From contig JAQYAH010000086.1 in the NCBI GenBank assembly GCA_029227635.1, positions 26,160 to 90,159 on the forward strand: a DNA stretch of 64,000 nucleotides. Direction: 5' to 3'. The position numbers were made by a program, and so were the translations under genes. The DNA is from Clostridiales bacterium. GTDB taxonomy: Bacteria > Bacillota > Clostridia > Lachnospirales > Lachnospiraceae. This document shows, piece after piece, positions 18,342 to 28,137 of the stretch; the first letter of the stretch is position 1; each line of letters begins with the position of its first letter. The notes beneath the pieces were generated by a model. That model made no database searches and had not been told where the DNA came from. It saw only the letters and a program-made list of their open reading frames with translations.

Positions 18342-18731
18342 ATGGCTCTTAAGGAATCCGGGGAAATGTATCTTGAAACTATCCTGATCCTATCCAAGCA
18401 AAAAGACATTGTCCGCTCCGTGGATGTGGCGGAATACATGAATTTTTCCAAGCCCAGTGTGAGCCGGGCTATAGGAATATTAAAGAGCAACGGATATGTA
18501 ATAATGGCAGACAACGGGAATCTTTCCCTTACTGATAAAGGACTAAATGTAGCAGAGAAGATTTTTGCCCGCCACCGTATAATCACAGCACTTCTCACCA
18601 ATCTTGGGGTTGAGGAGTCGGTTGCCGCAGCGGATGCCTGCCGAATGGAGCACGTTGTCAGCGATGAAACTTTTGAAGCCCTAATCCGGCTGAATGATAA
18701 ATTAGAATTATTTCAGGAAAAGAGACACTAA
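18342..18731 (+). CDS. DtxR/MntR-family metal-dependent transcriptional regulator
   Basis: MALKESGEMYLETILILS..VSRAIGILKSNGYV (wHTH) plus a metal-binding/dimerisation helix (..ACRMEHVVSDETFEAL). AGGAGG lies 6 nt upstream of ATG 18342. Confidence 0.85.
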   Translation: MALKESGEMYLETILILSKQKDIVRSVDVAEYMNFSKPSVSRAIGILKSNGYVIMADNGNLSLTDKGLNVAEKIFARHRIITALLTNLGVEESVAAADACRMEHVVSDETFEALIRLNDKLELFQEKRH

Positions 18732-19603
18732 TGGAGAAAATCAACAGAAACGACCCCTGCTGGTGCGGCAGCGGCAAAAAATACAAAAAATGTCATCTCC
18801 CCATTGAGGAGAAGATGATGTACTACTACAACAAGGGACACATCGTACCCGACCTTGACCTTCTTAAGACCCCCGAGGAGATTGAATTCATCCGGAAAAG
18901 TGCTGATCTCAACACTGCAGTTCTGGACGCGGTTGCCCGGGAGATTCGGGCCGGCATGAGTACCGAAGAGATCAATACCATCGTTCATGAGTACACCGTA
19001 TCTCATGGCGGTATTCCCGCCCCCTTAAACTATGAAGGCTATCCCAAAAGTGTATGCACTTCCATAAACAATGAGATCTGCCACGGAATCCCTTCCAAAG
19101 ATATCATTCTCAAGGAGGGAGACATTATCAATGTAGATGTTTCCACCATTTTGGACGGTTATTTTTCCGACGCCTCCAGAATGTTCTGTATAGGGGAGAT
19201 CCCTGAGAATGCTCGTAAACTGGTAGATGTAACCGCCGAGTGCGTGGAGCTTGGCCTCGCCGCTGCAAAACCCTGGGGTTTTTTAGGAGATATCGGCCAC
19301 GCAGTTAACAGCCACGCTATCGCCAATGGCTACTCCGTTGTCCGGGATATCGGAGGTCACGGCATAGGTCTGGAGTTCCACGAAGATCCCTTCGTAAGCT
19401 TTGTGTCCCAACCCGGAACCGACATGCTTCTGGTGCCCGGAATGATATTTACCATTGAGCCCATGGTTAACGAGGGAACCCACAAGTACACCGTAGACCG
19501 AAAGAATGGCTGGACCGTTCGCACCAAGGACAACAAGCTCTCCGCCCAGATCGAATACATGGTTCTGATTACCGAGGATGGCCCCGAAGTACTCACAAAA
19601 TAG
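18731..19603 (+). CDS. map: type I methionine aminopeptidase with N-terminal SEC-C zinc motif
   Basis: NDPCWCGSGKKYKKCH followed by the MetAP core (..GHGIGLEFHE..). The ATG overlaps the regulator's TAA stop (TAATG). Confidence 0.93.
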   Translation: MEKINRNDPCWCGSGKKYKKCHLPIEEKMMYYYNKGHIVPDLDLLKTPEEIEFIRKSADLNTAVLDAVAREIRAGMSTEEINTIVHEYTVSHGGIPAPLNYEGYPKSVCTSINNEICHGIPSKDIILKEGDIINVDVSTILDGYFSDASRMFCIGEIPENARKLVDVTAECVELGLAAAKPWGFLGDIGHAVNSHAIANGYSVVRDIGGHGIGLEFHEDPFVSFVSQPGTDMLLVPGMIFTIEPMVNEGTHKYTVDRKNGWTVRTKDNKLSAQIEYMVLITEDGPEVLTK

Positions 19604-19620
19604 TTTTTGACATTATTAAT

Positions 19621-19663
19621 AAAACCTCTGTCTGAGATGATATGATCCCTGACAGAGGTTTTT
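19621..19663. terminator. bidirectional intrinsic terminator between convergent map and folK
   Basis: AAAACCTCTGTC..GACAGAGGTTTTT with A/T tracts on both sides. Confidence 0.8.
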
Positions 19664-19667
19664 GTAA

Positions 19668-20141
19668 TTACTGATCCAACTCGTCCCTTATCTGGGCGAT
19701 GGTCTTTCCAATAATAGGGTGTACCACATCCGGCGCGATCTCAGCCAGGGGATCCAGCACAAAATGACGATTATGCATATCCATGTGCGGCACGAAAAGG
19801 TTTGGTTCCCGTATGATCTCATCATCATAGAGCAAAAGATCCATATCCAGAGTTCTTGGTCCCCAATGCACGATTCTCCGGCGATTCTCCTTCTGCTCCG
19901 CCTCCAGCAGTTCCTCCAGAAGCTCCTGTGGAGACAGGTTGGTCCTCAGTTCAAGACAGCCATTCAAAAATTCTTCCTGCTCAAGATACCCGTACGGTTC
20001 CGTCACGTAAGTACCGGAAACTCTGACCACCTCAATTTCCGGGTTGTTCTGAAGGTATCCTATACCGTTCTTAATGTGTTTCTCTCTATCTCCGATATTT
20101 GAGCCAAAAGCAACATATGCTGTATGATCCAAAAACCCCAT
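19668..20141 (-). CDS. folK: 2-amino-4-hydroxy-6-hydroxymethyldihydropteridine diphosphokinase
   Basis: AYVAFGSNIGDRE..RRIVHWGPRTLDMDLLLYDD are HPPK signatures. Confidence 0.9.
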   Translation of the reverse strand: MGFLDHTAYVAFGSNIGDREKHIKNGIGYLQNNPEIEVVRVSGTYVTEPYGYLEQEEFLNGCLELRTNLSPQELLEELLEAEQKENRRRIVHWGPRTLDMDLLLYDDEIIREPNLFVPHMDMHNRHFVLDPLAEIAPDVVHPIIGKTIAQIRDELDQ

Positions 20142-20149
20142 TCTATCTC

Positions 20150-20962
20150 CTACTTTCCGGCATTTTTTATTGCCATTGTCATGTCTATTGCTCTTTTGTT
20201 CTCCTTTATGTCGTGTACTCTCACGAAGCTGCAGCCCGCAAGCACCGCCATAACGGTAGTTACCAGGGTCCCCTCTACTCTCTGGTCTTTAGGAAGATCA
20301 AGTGTCAACCCGATAACAGACTTTCTGGAGGTCCCCAAAAGCACCGGATATCCAAGTGCCTTAAATTCTCCAAGTCGGGCAATAACTTCCAGATTCATTC
20401 CCAGGTCCTTACCAAATCCAACTCCGGGATCAAGAATGATCTTATCCCCCGGAATCTGTGCCTTTGCGGCAAGCCTTAAGCACTCCCTGGTATCTTCCAG
20501 GTAGTCTTCCCTGAAATTGGTATAGTCTGTATTATCCCGATTGTGCATAAGACAGCAGGCCACCTTGCTCTCGGCAATTACTCTTCCCATCTCCGAATCA
20601 GCCTTAAGCCCCCAGATATCATTGATCAGATCTGCTCCGGCCGCAACAGCGCTCCTTGCAACCCGGCTCTTATACGTATCTATGGAAACCGGTACATCAA
20701 ATCTCGCCTTGACCGCTTCTATGATTGGAGCGGTTCTCTCGATTTCTTCCTCATCGGAGATTCTAGTGTATCCGGGCCTCGTTGACTCACCACCAATATC
20801 AATGATCGCGGCACCCTCTGAGATCATTTCCTCAGCATGAAAAAGTGCAGCATCCGGATTATTAAACTTTCCTCCATCGGAAAAAGAATCCGGCGTTACA
20901 TTCAGAATCCCCATAATATAGCAGTCATTCTCTGTATCAAAAGCCTTGTTGCCTATGATCAT
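20150..20962 (-). CDS. folP: dihydropteroate synthase
   Basis: IMGILNVTPDSFSDGG..IIDIGGESTRPG..SIDTYK..INDIWG motifs. Start at MIIGNK (20962), with GGAGG 9 nt upstream. Confidence 0.93.
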   Translation of the reverse strand: MIIGNKAFDTENDCYIMGILNVTPDSFSDGGKFNNPDAALFHAEEMISEGAAIIDIGGESTRPGYTRISDEEEIERTAPIIEAVKARFDVPVSIDTYKSRVARSAVAAGADLINDIWGLKADSEMGRVIAESKVACCLMHNRDNTDYTNFREDYLEDTRECLRLAAKAQIPGDKIILDPGVGFGKDLGMNLEVIARLGEFKALGYPVLLGTSRKSVIGLTLDLPKDQRVEGTLVTTVMAVLAGCSFVRVHDIKENKRAIDMTMAIKNAGK

Positions 20963-20991
20963 GATTATCAACCTCCGAATCAATAACTATT

Positions 20992-21068
20992 CCGCAGCCG
21001 GCAAAAGTTCCGGATGGTTGCCAATATCCGGATAAGGTTCGGACTTTGGCTCGCCTCTTCTACAAAAA
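20992..21068 (-). repeat. terminator-proximal conserved box plus long hairpin, copy C (folP leader)
   Basis: Minus strand reads TTTTTGTAGAAGAGGCGAGCCAAAGTCCG..(CCGGAT..ATCCGG)..CGGAACTTTTGCCGGCTGCGG. It shares the 12-mer CGAGCCAAAGTC with copy B. Confidence 0.5.
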
Positions 21069-21098
21069 GGATTCCGGGCTTGCCGCCCGGAATCCTTT
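21064..21098 (-). terminator. intrinsic terminator after the lipoprotein gene
   Basis: Minus strand: AAAGGATTCCGGG-CGGCAAG-CCCGGAATCCTTT followed by TTG. Confidence 0.8.
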
Positions 21099-21127
21099 AT
21101 TCCTTGATCATCAACTGTCATCCTGGA

Positions 21128-21487
21128 TTACTGTTTCTTAAAGTACATGTAAACGTCATCCTGCTCGATAACAAGATAGTCATCCTGCTCCACAACTTCA
21201 AGCTCACCGTCAGAATCTTTGATAACGAGACCATTATCTGTCTCTTCCCACTTTGAAGTACCTTCCTCACCGTCAAAAGTGATAGTGAGTTTGCCGTTAG
21301 ATTTGATTTCCATTACGGCTTCGCCCACTTCCTCGGTAGAAAGTTCAATTCCTGAATACTCGTACTTCTCTGCATTCCAGGTTCCAACATACTTGCTGTC
21401 TACCTTCTTACTGCATCCGGCAAAGATCATTAATGCCATCAGTGCAACCAGAACTAATGCAATTCCTTTTGAAATAGTTTTTCTCAT
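21128..21487 (-). CDS. small lipoprotein
   Basis: Signal peptide with the lipobox MIFAGC; 119 aa. Confidence 0.7.
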   Translation of the reverse strand: MRKTISKGIALVLVALMALMIFAGCSKKVDSKYVGTWNAEKYEYSGIELSTEEVGEAVMEIKSNGKLTITFDGEEGTSKWEETDNGLVIKDSDGELEVVEQDDYLVIEQDDVYMYFKKQ

Positions 21488-21684
21488 ATCTTCTCCCTTT
21501 AAGTAATTGTGAGTAGGAACACCTCTAGTATACTTGAGACCACTTTAAAACTCAACCGGGTTTTGTATAGCCTTACCAATTATAAGAACTATTTTTATAA
21601 GAAGTTACTCTCCCTTTGGCTCTCTCAATAGGGTAAAATATCATTGACATGTTTTTTGCAAATGAGTTATTAAGGAGAATATTT

Positions 21685-22848
21685 ATGCAGAACTTTACCC
21701 ATCAGATACCGACAACCATCCACTTCGGTAAAGGTCAGATCTCACACCTTACCGAGCTCAAAGCTTCCGGCAGCAAGGTCCTCCTTGTATACGGCGGCGG
21801 AAGCATCAAAAAATCCGGAATCTATGACGAAGCCTTGGAAATCTTAAAGAGTGTTGACCTTGAAGTATTTGAGCTTTCCGGTGTTGACCCCAACCCCAGA
21901 ATCGAGAGTGTCAGAAAAGGTGCTGAGATCTGTAAAAAGAATAACATCGACATGGTACTTGCCATCGGCGGCGGAAGTGTCATCGATTGCGCAAAAGTCG
22001 TCGCAGGCGCTGCATTATATGATGGTGATGCCTGGGATCTGGTAAAAGATTTCCGACTTGTAAAAAGGGCCCTTCCCATTTACTCTGTCCTCACTCTTGC
22101 CGCAACCGGCTCTGAGATGGATACTGCAGCAGTTATCTCAGATATGACCTTAAATGACAAGCTGCCCACCTTCAGCCCCTGTTTTCTTCCCACCATGTCC
22201 ATCTGTGATCCCACCTACACCTTCTCTGTTTCAAAAAGGCAGACAGCATCTGGAACCGCAGATATTATGAGCCACACTCTGGAAAGCTATTTTAACAACA
22301 ATGATGATGCTTTCCTCACAAACCGTTTTGCAGAGAGCATTCTTCTCACCTGTATCAAATACGGTCCCCTTGCCATCGAGGAACCCGACAACTATGAGGC
22401 CAGAGCAAATCTCATGTGGGCGAGCAGCAATGCCATCAACGGTTTCATAAAAGCCGGCTGCAATATTGCCTGGTGTGTTCATCCCATGGAGCACGAGCTC
22501 TCCGCATTCTATGACATTACTCACGGTATCGGTCTTGCAATCCTGACTCCCCACTGGATGAGACACGTTCTCTCCGAAGCCACTGCCCCCAAGTTTGCTG
22601 AGTACGGAATCAATGTTTGGGGAATCGATTCCTCTCTCCCTGCAATGACCATCGCAGAGGAAGCAATCGAGAAAACTGCCGTTTTCTTCACTGAAAGCCT
22701 TGGCATCCCCGCCACTCTCAGAGAGACTGGCATTACAGATGAGTCAAAGTTTGAGGTCATGGCTGAAAAAGCCGCAGCCTCCTGCAAAAACGCATATGTT
22801 CCTCTAACAAAAGAGGATGTCCTTGCTATCTTTAAGGCTGCATTTTAA
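21685..22848 (+). CDS. iron-containing (group III) alcohol dehydrogenase
   Basis: GGGSVIDCAK motif and metal-binding His residues. Start at MQNFTH, with AAGGAG 8 nt upstream. Confidence 0.9.
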   Translation: MQNFTHQIPTTIHFGKGQISHLTELKASGSKVLLVYGGGSIKKSGIYDEALEILKSVDLEVFELSGVDPNPRIESVRKGAEICKKNNIDMVLAIGGGSVIDCAKVVAGAALYDGDAWDLVKDFRLVKRALPIYSVLTLAATGSEMDTAAVISDMTLNDKLPTFSPCFLPTMSICDPTYTFSVSKRQTASGTADIMSHTLESYFNNNDDAFLTNRFAESILLTCIKYGPLAIEEPDNYEARANLMWASSNAINGFIKAGCNIAWCVHPMEHELSAFYDITHGIGLAILTPHWMRHVLSEATAPKFAEYGINVWGIDSSLPAMTIAEEAIEKTAVFFTESLGIPATLRETGITDESKFEVMAEKAAASCKNAYVPLTKEDVLAIFKAAF

Positions 22849-22928
22849 GGGGTGTTGCGTGTTGTAATCCTACATTTTGCATGATAGAATGATACCCAAG
22901 GGTAACAGAATCAAAATGGAGGTATGTT

Positions 22929-23174
22929 ATGAAATTACTTAAGAACATTAAAGACGTTGAACGTTTTTGGGAAGCAGTTGATTCTTGTGACGGTCTTGTG
23001 GAGCTTCGCTCTGTTGACGGCTCTGAGATCCTCAATCTCAAATCTGTAATGTCACGTTACATTGCTGTTGCTTCTCTGTTAAACGAACACGGTGACGAGT
23101 ACGAATTATTCTGTTTTGATAAGGAAGACGAGCACAAAATGCTCAAATTCTTTAACGAGATCAGAGAAGACTAG
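22929..23174 (+). CDS. hypothetical 81-aa acidic protein
   Basis: ORF preceded by GGAGG and followed by a terminator. I recognise no motif in it. Confidence 0.45.
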   Translation: MKLLKNIKDVERFWEAVDSCDGLVELRSVDGSEILNLKSVMSRYIAVASLLNEHGDEYELFCFDKEDEHKMLKFFNEIRED

Positions 23175-23190
23175 TATAAGCTTTAATTTG

Positions 23191-23220
23191 GGGGTCCGGT
23201 GTTAACCGGGCCCTTTATTT
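23191..23220 (+). terminator. intrinsic terminator
   Basis: GGGTCCGGT-GTTA-ACCGGGCCC (one mismatch) followed by TTTATTT. Confidence 0.6.
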
Positions 23221-23357
23221 ATTCCGCAGAGTGTAAGATTCCGGGTCCTATCTAAATCCTTACGACCACATACCGTTTCAGAATGCGCTCTTAGGATTGC
23301 AAAACATCTCTCCCCTGTATTATTATAGAAGCAAGACTATTTTGAGGCAGGGATACT

Positions 23358-23888
23358 ATGAATAATAAGAAGCTTGAAGATTATGTGATAAGCATTCCCG
23401 ATTTCCCCGAACCGGGAATAATATTTCGTGATATTACCAGTATATTAAGAGATGCAGATGGCCTCCGTCTTTCCATTGACACGCTGAAAGATCTGGTTAA
23501 AGATGTGGATTTTGATGTTGTTGTCGGTGCTGAATCCAGAGGCTTTATTTTTGGAGCGCCTCTGGCCTACGCTATGGGAAAGCCCTTGGTTCTTGTGCGC
23601 AAGAAAGGTAAGCTCCCCCGAGAAACCGTTTCCGCAGATTATGAACTGGAATACGGAAGTGCTACTCTCGAGCTACACAAAGATGACCTTTCTCCCGGTC
23701 AGAAGGTTCTTCTGGTTGATGACCTTATGGCTACCGGCGGTACCGCAAAAGCCATGATCGAACTTGTGGAGAATCTCGGTGCAACAGTATCCGGAACCGC
23801 TGTAATCATTGAACTCGCCGGTCTTAGCGGCCGCAGTTTCATTGAGCCGGTCCCCCTTTACTCAGCTATCAGATACGAGGGCAAATAA
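23358..23888 (+). CDS. apt: adenine phosphoribosyltransferase
   Basis: IPDFPEPGIIFRDIT.. and the PRPP motif VLLVDDLMATGGT. Confidence 0.95.
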   Translation: MNNKKLEDYVISIPDFPEPGIIFRDITSILRDADGLRLSIDTLKDLVKDVDFDVVVGAESRGFIFGAPLAYAMGKPLVLVRKKGKLPRETVSADYELEYGSATLELHKDDLSPGQKVLLVDDLMATGGTAKAMIELVENLGATVSGTAVIIELAGLSGRSFIEPVPLYSAIRYEGK

Positions 23889-23963
23889 CCCGTATCGATA
23901 ATATAGGAATGAATTAAGAAGAATTAAGAAATCAGTAACCATTAACAACGGGAGGATTAGACA

Positions 23964-25343
23964 ATGAGTAACAACAAACATCCCTCCAACCGCAACAGCT
24001 TCTCCGGTAAGCTGGGATTCGTCCTTGCAGCAGCAGGCGCATCCGTTGGTTTGGGTAACATCTGGAGATTTCCGTACCTGGCCGCAAAATACGGCGGTGG
24101 AATTTTCCTCTTAGTTTATGTCATTCTTGCAGTCACATTCGGTTTCACAATGATAATCGCTGAGACTGCAATCGGAAGAATGACAAAGAAATCACCTGTC
24201 AGTGCCTACAAGAGCTTTGGTCGCGGAGGTTTCTTTAACTTCGGTGGATGGATCAATGCCATCGTACCGCTTATCATCGTTCCCTACTACTGCGTAATCG
24301 GTGGTTGGGTGGCCAAGTATCTATTTGAGTATGCTTCAGGAAGTGCTGCAGCCCTTGCTGACGACAGCTATTTCGGAAGTTTTATTTCCAACGGAACCTC
24401 TTCCGAAATCTGGTTCGTTGTGTTCGCTGCACTCACCCTTGCAGTAATCTACATGGGTGTTGAGAACGGTATTGAGAGAGTCTCAAAAATGATGATGCCC
24501 GTTCTCGTAGTTCTTGCAGTCATTATTATGATCTACTCCGTGACTCGCCCCGGAGCAATGGAAGGTGTAAAATACTTCCTCGTCCCCAACATTAAACATT
24601 TTTCCTGGATGACCGTAGCCAGTGCCCTGCAGCAGATGTTCTACTCACTTTCCATCGCCATGGGTATTCTGATAACCTTCGGTTCATACATGAAGGATGA
24701 TGTAAGCATCGAGCGGGCGACTATCAATGTTGAGATCTTCGACACTGCAATCGCTGTCATGGCCGGCCTCATGATTATCCCGGCAGTCTTTGCTTTCTCA
24801 AACGGTGACCCCAACGTTCTTAAAGCCGGTCCCTCTCTTATGTTCATAATACTCCCCAAAGTATTTGCCAGCATGGGACTTGCGACCCCTATCGGTATTG
24901 TATTCTTCGTACTTGTACTATTTGCTGCACTTACAAGTGCCATTGCCCTTACTGAAAGTGTTGTGTCCACGATTGAAGATGAATTCCATCTCAGCCGCCC
25001 GGTTTCAACCACGATAACTGCGGTGATTATTCTTGTTTTAGGAACACTCTCTTCTCTGGGATATGGACCGCTTGCAAATGTTACAGTTGGCGGAATGCAG
25101 TTCCTGGATTTCTTTGACTTCCTATCCAACTCCCTCATGATGCCAATCGCCGCACTCATGACCTGCCTGCTTGTCAGCAAGTACATCGGAGTTGATAAGA
25201 TTGCTGCTGAAGTTAAGAAAAACGACATGATTTTCAAACGCCAGAAGGTATTTGAATTCATGATCAAATACCTCTGCGGTATATTTGTAGTTGTAATCTT
25301 TGCCAGTGCCGTAGCAAGCTTCTTCGGCATAATCTCAATTTAA
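23964..25343 (+). CDS. sodium-dependent transporter, NSS/SNF family
   Basis: GFVLAAAGASVGLGNIWRFPYLAAKYGGG signature with a 12-TM pattern. Confidence 0.92.
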   Translation: MSNNKHPSNRNSFSGKLGFVLAAAGASVGLGNIWRFPYLAAKYGGGIFLLVYVILAVTFGFTMIIAETAIGRMTKKSPVSAYKSFGRGGFFNFGGWINAIVPLIIVPYYCVIGGWVAKYLFEYASGSAAALADDSYFGSFISNGTSSEIWFVVFAALTLAVIYMGVENGIERVSKMMMPVLVVLAVIIMIYSVTRPGAMEGVKYFLVPNIKHFSWMTVASALQQMFYSLSIAMGILITFGSYMKDDVSIERATINVEIFDTAIAVMAGLMIIPAVFAFSNGDPNVLKAGPSLMFIILPKVFASMGLATPIGIVFFVLVLFAALTSAIALTESVVSTIEDEFHLSRPVSTTITAVIILVLGTLSSLGYGPLANVTVGGMQFLDFFDFLSNSLMMPIAALMTCLLVSKYIGVDKIAAEVKKNDMIFKRQKVFEFMIKYLCGIFVVVIFASAVASFFGIISI

Positions 25344-25352
25344 GGAGCACTT

Positions 25353-26759
25353 ATGGAAAAGCACAATAGATCATCCAATTTCTTCAGCGGTCAGCTCGGC
25401 TTCGTTCTTGCCGCTGCGGGAAGTGCCGTCGGTGTAGGAAATCTCTGGAGATTCCCTTATCTCGTTGCCAAGAACGGCGGCGGTCTTTTTATACTTATTT
25501 ATATTATTCTGGTACTTACTTTTGGTTTTACTCTCCTTACCTCCGACATTGCTATCGGACGCAAGACAAAAAAGAGTTCTATCTATGCTTATGATGAAGC
25601 CAAAAAGGGTTGGAAATTTTTAGGCATAATCACATTCTTTGTACCGGTTCTCATCATGACCTACTATGCAGTAATTGGTGGTTGGATCACCAAATATGTC
25701 ACTGTGTATATCACCGGTGCCAGAGCAGCCGCTGCTGAAGATGGCTTCTTTACCTCCTTCATCACCTCGCCGGTGGCTTCGGTAATCTTCGCTCTTGTGT
25801 TCATGGCGATTACCGCGTTCATCGTTTACAGCGGTGTAGAAAAGGGTATTGAGAAGTGTTCCCGTTTCATGATGCCGGTTTTGTTCATTCTGATTGTGGG
25901 CATTGCTATCTTCACCCTTACCCTGAAGCATACCGATGCTGAGGGTGTTACACGCACTGGTCTCGAAGGACTTAAGATTTATCTTCTTCCAGACTTCACC
26001 GGGCTAACCCTTAAGAAGTTCCTTCAGATCCTGCTTGACGCCATGAGCCAGCTGTTCTTCTCCCTCAGTGTTTCCATGGGTATAATGATCACTTACGGTT
26101 CCTATGTCAAAGATGATGTAAATTTGAATAAATCTGTATTACAGATCGAACTCTTTGATACCGTTGTAGCACTTCTTGCCGGTGCCATGATCATCCCTGC
26201 AATCTTTGCCTTCAAGGGCACCGAAGGTATGGCTTCCGGCCCTTCTCTTATGTTTATCTCGCTCCCCAAGGTATTCAATGAGCTTGGCGGAGCCGGAACT
26301 GTGATTGGCCTGGTATTCTTCATAATCACCACTTTTGCCGCTCTCACCTCCTGTGTTTCGGTACTTGAGACGGTAGTGGCAAACTGCATGGAGCTCTTTA
26401 AGGCAAGCCGCAAGAAAGTCACTTTGGTTCTTACAGTGATCTACTCTCTTGCCTCAGTTGCAGTAGCTCTCGGATACAGCCTCTTCTACTTTGAGGTTAA
26501 ACTTCCTAACGGCTCTGTCGGACAGCTTCTGGACATCATGGACTATATCAGCAACAGCTTCCTTATGCCTCTCACCTCACTTCTCTCCGCGATCCTCATC
26601 GGTTGGATCTTAACTCCGAAATGGATCACTGATGAAGTTCAGAAAAATGGTGAGCGCTTCGGTCGCAAAAAGCTATACTCTGTAATGATCAAGTACATTA
26701 CTCCTGTAATCATGCTGATACTTTTTGTTCAGTCGACAGGATTGTTCAATCTGATCTAG
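25353..26759 (+). CDS. sodium-dependent transporter, NSS/SNF family (tandem paralogue)
   Basis: GFVLAAAGSAVGVGNLWRFPYLVAKNGGG signature. It starts 9 nt after the previous stop. Confidence 0.92.
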   Translation: MEKHNRSSNFFSGQLGFVLAAAGSAVGVGNLWRFPYLVAKNGGGLFILIYIILVLTFGFTLLTSDIAIGRKTKKSSIYAYDEAKKGWKFLGIITFFVPVLIMTYYAVIGGWITKYVTVYITGARAAAAEDGFFTSFITSPVASVIFALVFMAITAFIVYSGVEKGIEKCSRFMMPVLFILIVGIAIFTLTLKHTDAEGVTRTGLEGLKIYLLPDFTGLTLKKFLQILLDAMSQLFFSLSVSMGIMITYGSYVKDDVNLNKSVLQIELFDTVVALLAGAMIIPAIFAFKGTEGMASGPSLMFISLPKVFNELGGAGTVIGLVFFIITTFAALTSCVSVLETVVANCMELFKASRKKVTLVLTVIYSLASVAVALGYSLFYFEVKLPNGSVGQLLDIMDYISNSFLMPLTSLLSAILIGWILTPKWITDEVQKNGERFGRKKLYSVMIKYITPVIMLILFVQSTGLFNLI

Positions 26760-26825
26760 GCAATTGAGCCGATTTAACTTGCAAAACAGCCTTATACTGC
26801 AGGAATCAATTCACTGATAGTTGCG

Positions 26826-26861
26826 GAGGGGATAAGAAGTAAAATAATTTCTTATCCCCTC
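26826..26861. terminator. bidirectional intrinsic terminator between convergent genes
   Basis: GAGGGGATAAGAA..TTCTTATCCCCTC, a 13-bp stem. Confidence 0.75.
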
Positions 26862-26894
26862 AATTTCGTTTCTTATAATTAGAAAATATTTACA

Positions 26895-28001
26895 CTACTG
26901 AGCGATATTCAATGACCCAGTGTACAATTTCAGTGCTTCCTCCGGTGAAATCTCATAGGGGAAGGTTGCAAGCTTACCCTTGTTGCCAAGGAGATCTGCT
27001 ACGTACAAATCGCACTCTTTCTCGGTTATCCCTACTGTTCCGATGAGTTCTCTCAGGTATGCTGCAAACGCCTCTGTGTCCTCGAAACCAAGCCAGCCGC
27101 AGATCTTGCCGGTCTCGACTTTGTTATGTTTCTCATAAAGCTTAACATACTCCGAAAGAAACATTCCGCAGGCTCTACCGTGAGATACCCCATGCTCGTA
27201 AGTGATTGTATAACTAAGGTAGTGGGGGATAGAGGTTCCGGTCTGGGAGATAGCCATACCCGCAACAGTGGATGTAAGCATCAGTTTCTCTGCCATCTCT
27301 ATATCAAGGCTATCGAGCTTCAGACATTCTTTAATCTCTCCCCAAAGCTGAAGTCCGTAAGATGAAATCATTCGATTATATGTATCAGCAGCCGAATTCA
27401 GATAGCTCTCAATAAGGTGAGCCAATGCATCAACAGCAGTGCTGACAATAATACTCATAGGCGCCTTAAGCAGATACTTACCATCTATCAGTGCCAGTTT
27501 GGGAAACACCTTGTAAGGCATACTCTTCTTAGTTCCAAGCTCATGATAAGTGAGCACGCTGACAGCTGTGATCTCCGATCCGGTACCACAGGTGGTGGGC
27601 ACTGCACATAGAGGAAGCGCCGGTCTAAGTCCGATTCTTGCGCTTCTCAGACACTCACCGCTCTCTTCAGGATTAGCCATGAGAACCGCAATGGACTTTG
27701 CCGCATCCATTGGAGATCCACCTCCTATACCAATAACAAAATCCGCACCAAACTGCTTGCCCAGCTCAGCTGCTACTTCAACTGTTTCTACAGACGGATT
27801 CTCCTCCACCTGATCAAAGATCACATACTCAGTTCCTGCTTCGTGAAGTACACTAAGGACATCATCCAACGATCCGTTCTTCCTGGAAGATGATCTTCCG
27901 GTTACGATATAAGCCTTGGTTCCCAGGCTCTTTATATCCTCTGCGTGGTTTCTTACACAATTCTCTTCTACAAAAGCTAATGTCGGATTAAAGAATTTCA
28001 T
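26895..28001 (-). CDS. iron-containing alcohol dehydrogenase
   Basis: GIGGGSPMDAAK motif. Start chosen at MKFFNP (ATG 28001, GGAAGG upstream) rather than the TTG at 28025. Confidence 0.88.
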   Translation of the reverse strand: MKFFNPTLAFVEENCVRNHAEDIKSLGTKAYIVTGRSSSRKNGSLDDVLSVLHEAGTEYVIFDQVEENPSVETVEVAAELGKQFGADFVIGIGGGSPMDAAKSIAVLMANPEESGECLRSARIGLRPALPLCAVPTTCGTGSEITAVSVLTYHELGTKKSMPYKVFPKLALIDGKYLLKAPMSIIVSTAVDALAHLIESYLNSAADTYNRMISSYGLQLWGEIKECLKLDSLDIEMAEKLMLTSTVAGMAISQTGTSIPHYLSYTITYEHGVSHGRACGMFLSEYVKLYEKHNKVETGKICGWLGFEDTEAFAAYLRELIGTVGITEKECDLYVADLLGNKGKLATFPYEISPEEALKLYTGSLNIAQ

Positions 28002-28137
28002 ATTGCACTGCACCTTCCTGTCCAAATAATTTATGTGTCATATTATACAAGTCGGGGTTTGTATTTGCAAGATGCAACTTTTTATTTTTGTGCTTGATTT
28101 ATGCAAAATGTTGTTGTATATTATCTCTACAGCAACT

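Noticed and set aside
19668-20962. Missing folB in the folP-folK operon
   Set aside because: Fol gene order and content vary widely, and folB may be elsewhere in the genome. This cannot be judged from one window.
20984-21127. THF or ZTP (pfl) riboswitch upstream of folP
   Set aside because: The conserved cores as I remember them (THF-I GAGUAG..GCGUUAAGUG..CAUCCGCUC; ZTP ..GACUGGCG..CCGCCUGGGC) are absent. I report it instead as part of the unassigned box family.
23911-23930. Perfect tandem 10-mer GAATTAAGAA x2 in the NSS transporter leader
   Set aside because: It is too short and AT-rich to distinguish from chance, and I see no associated structure.
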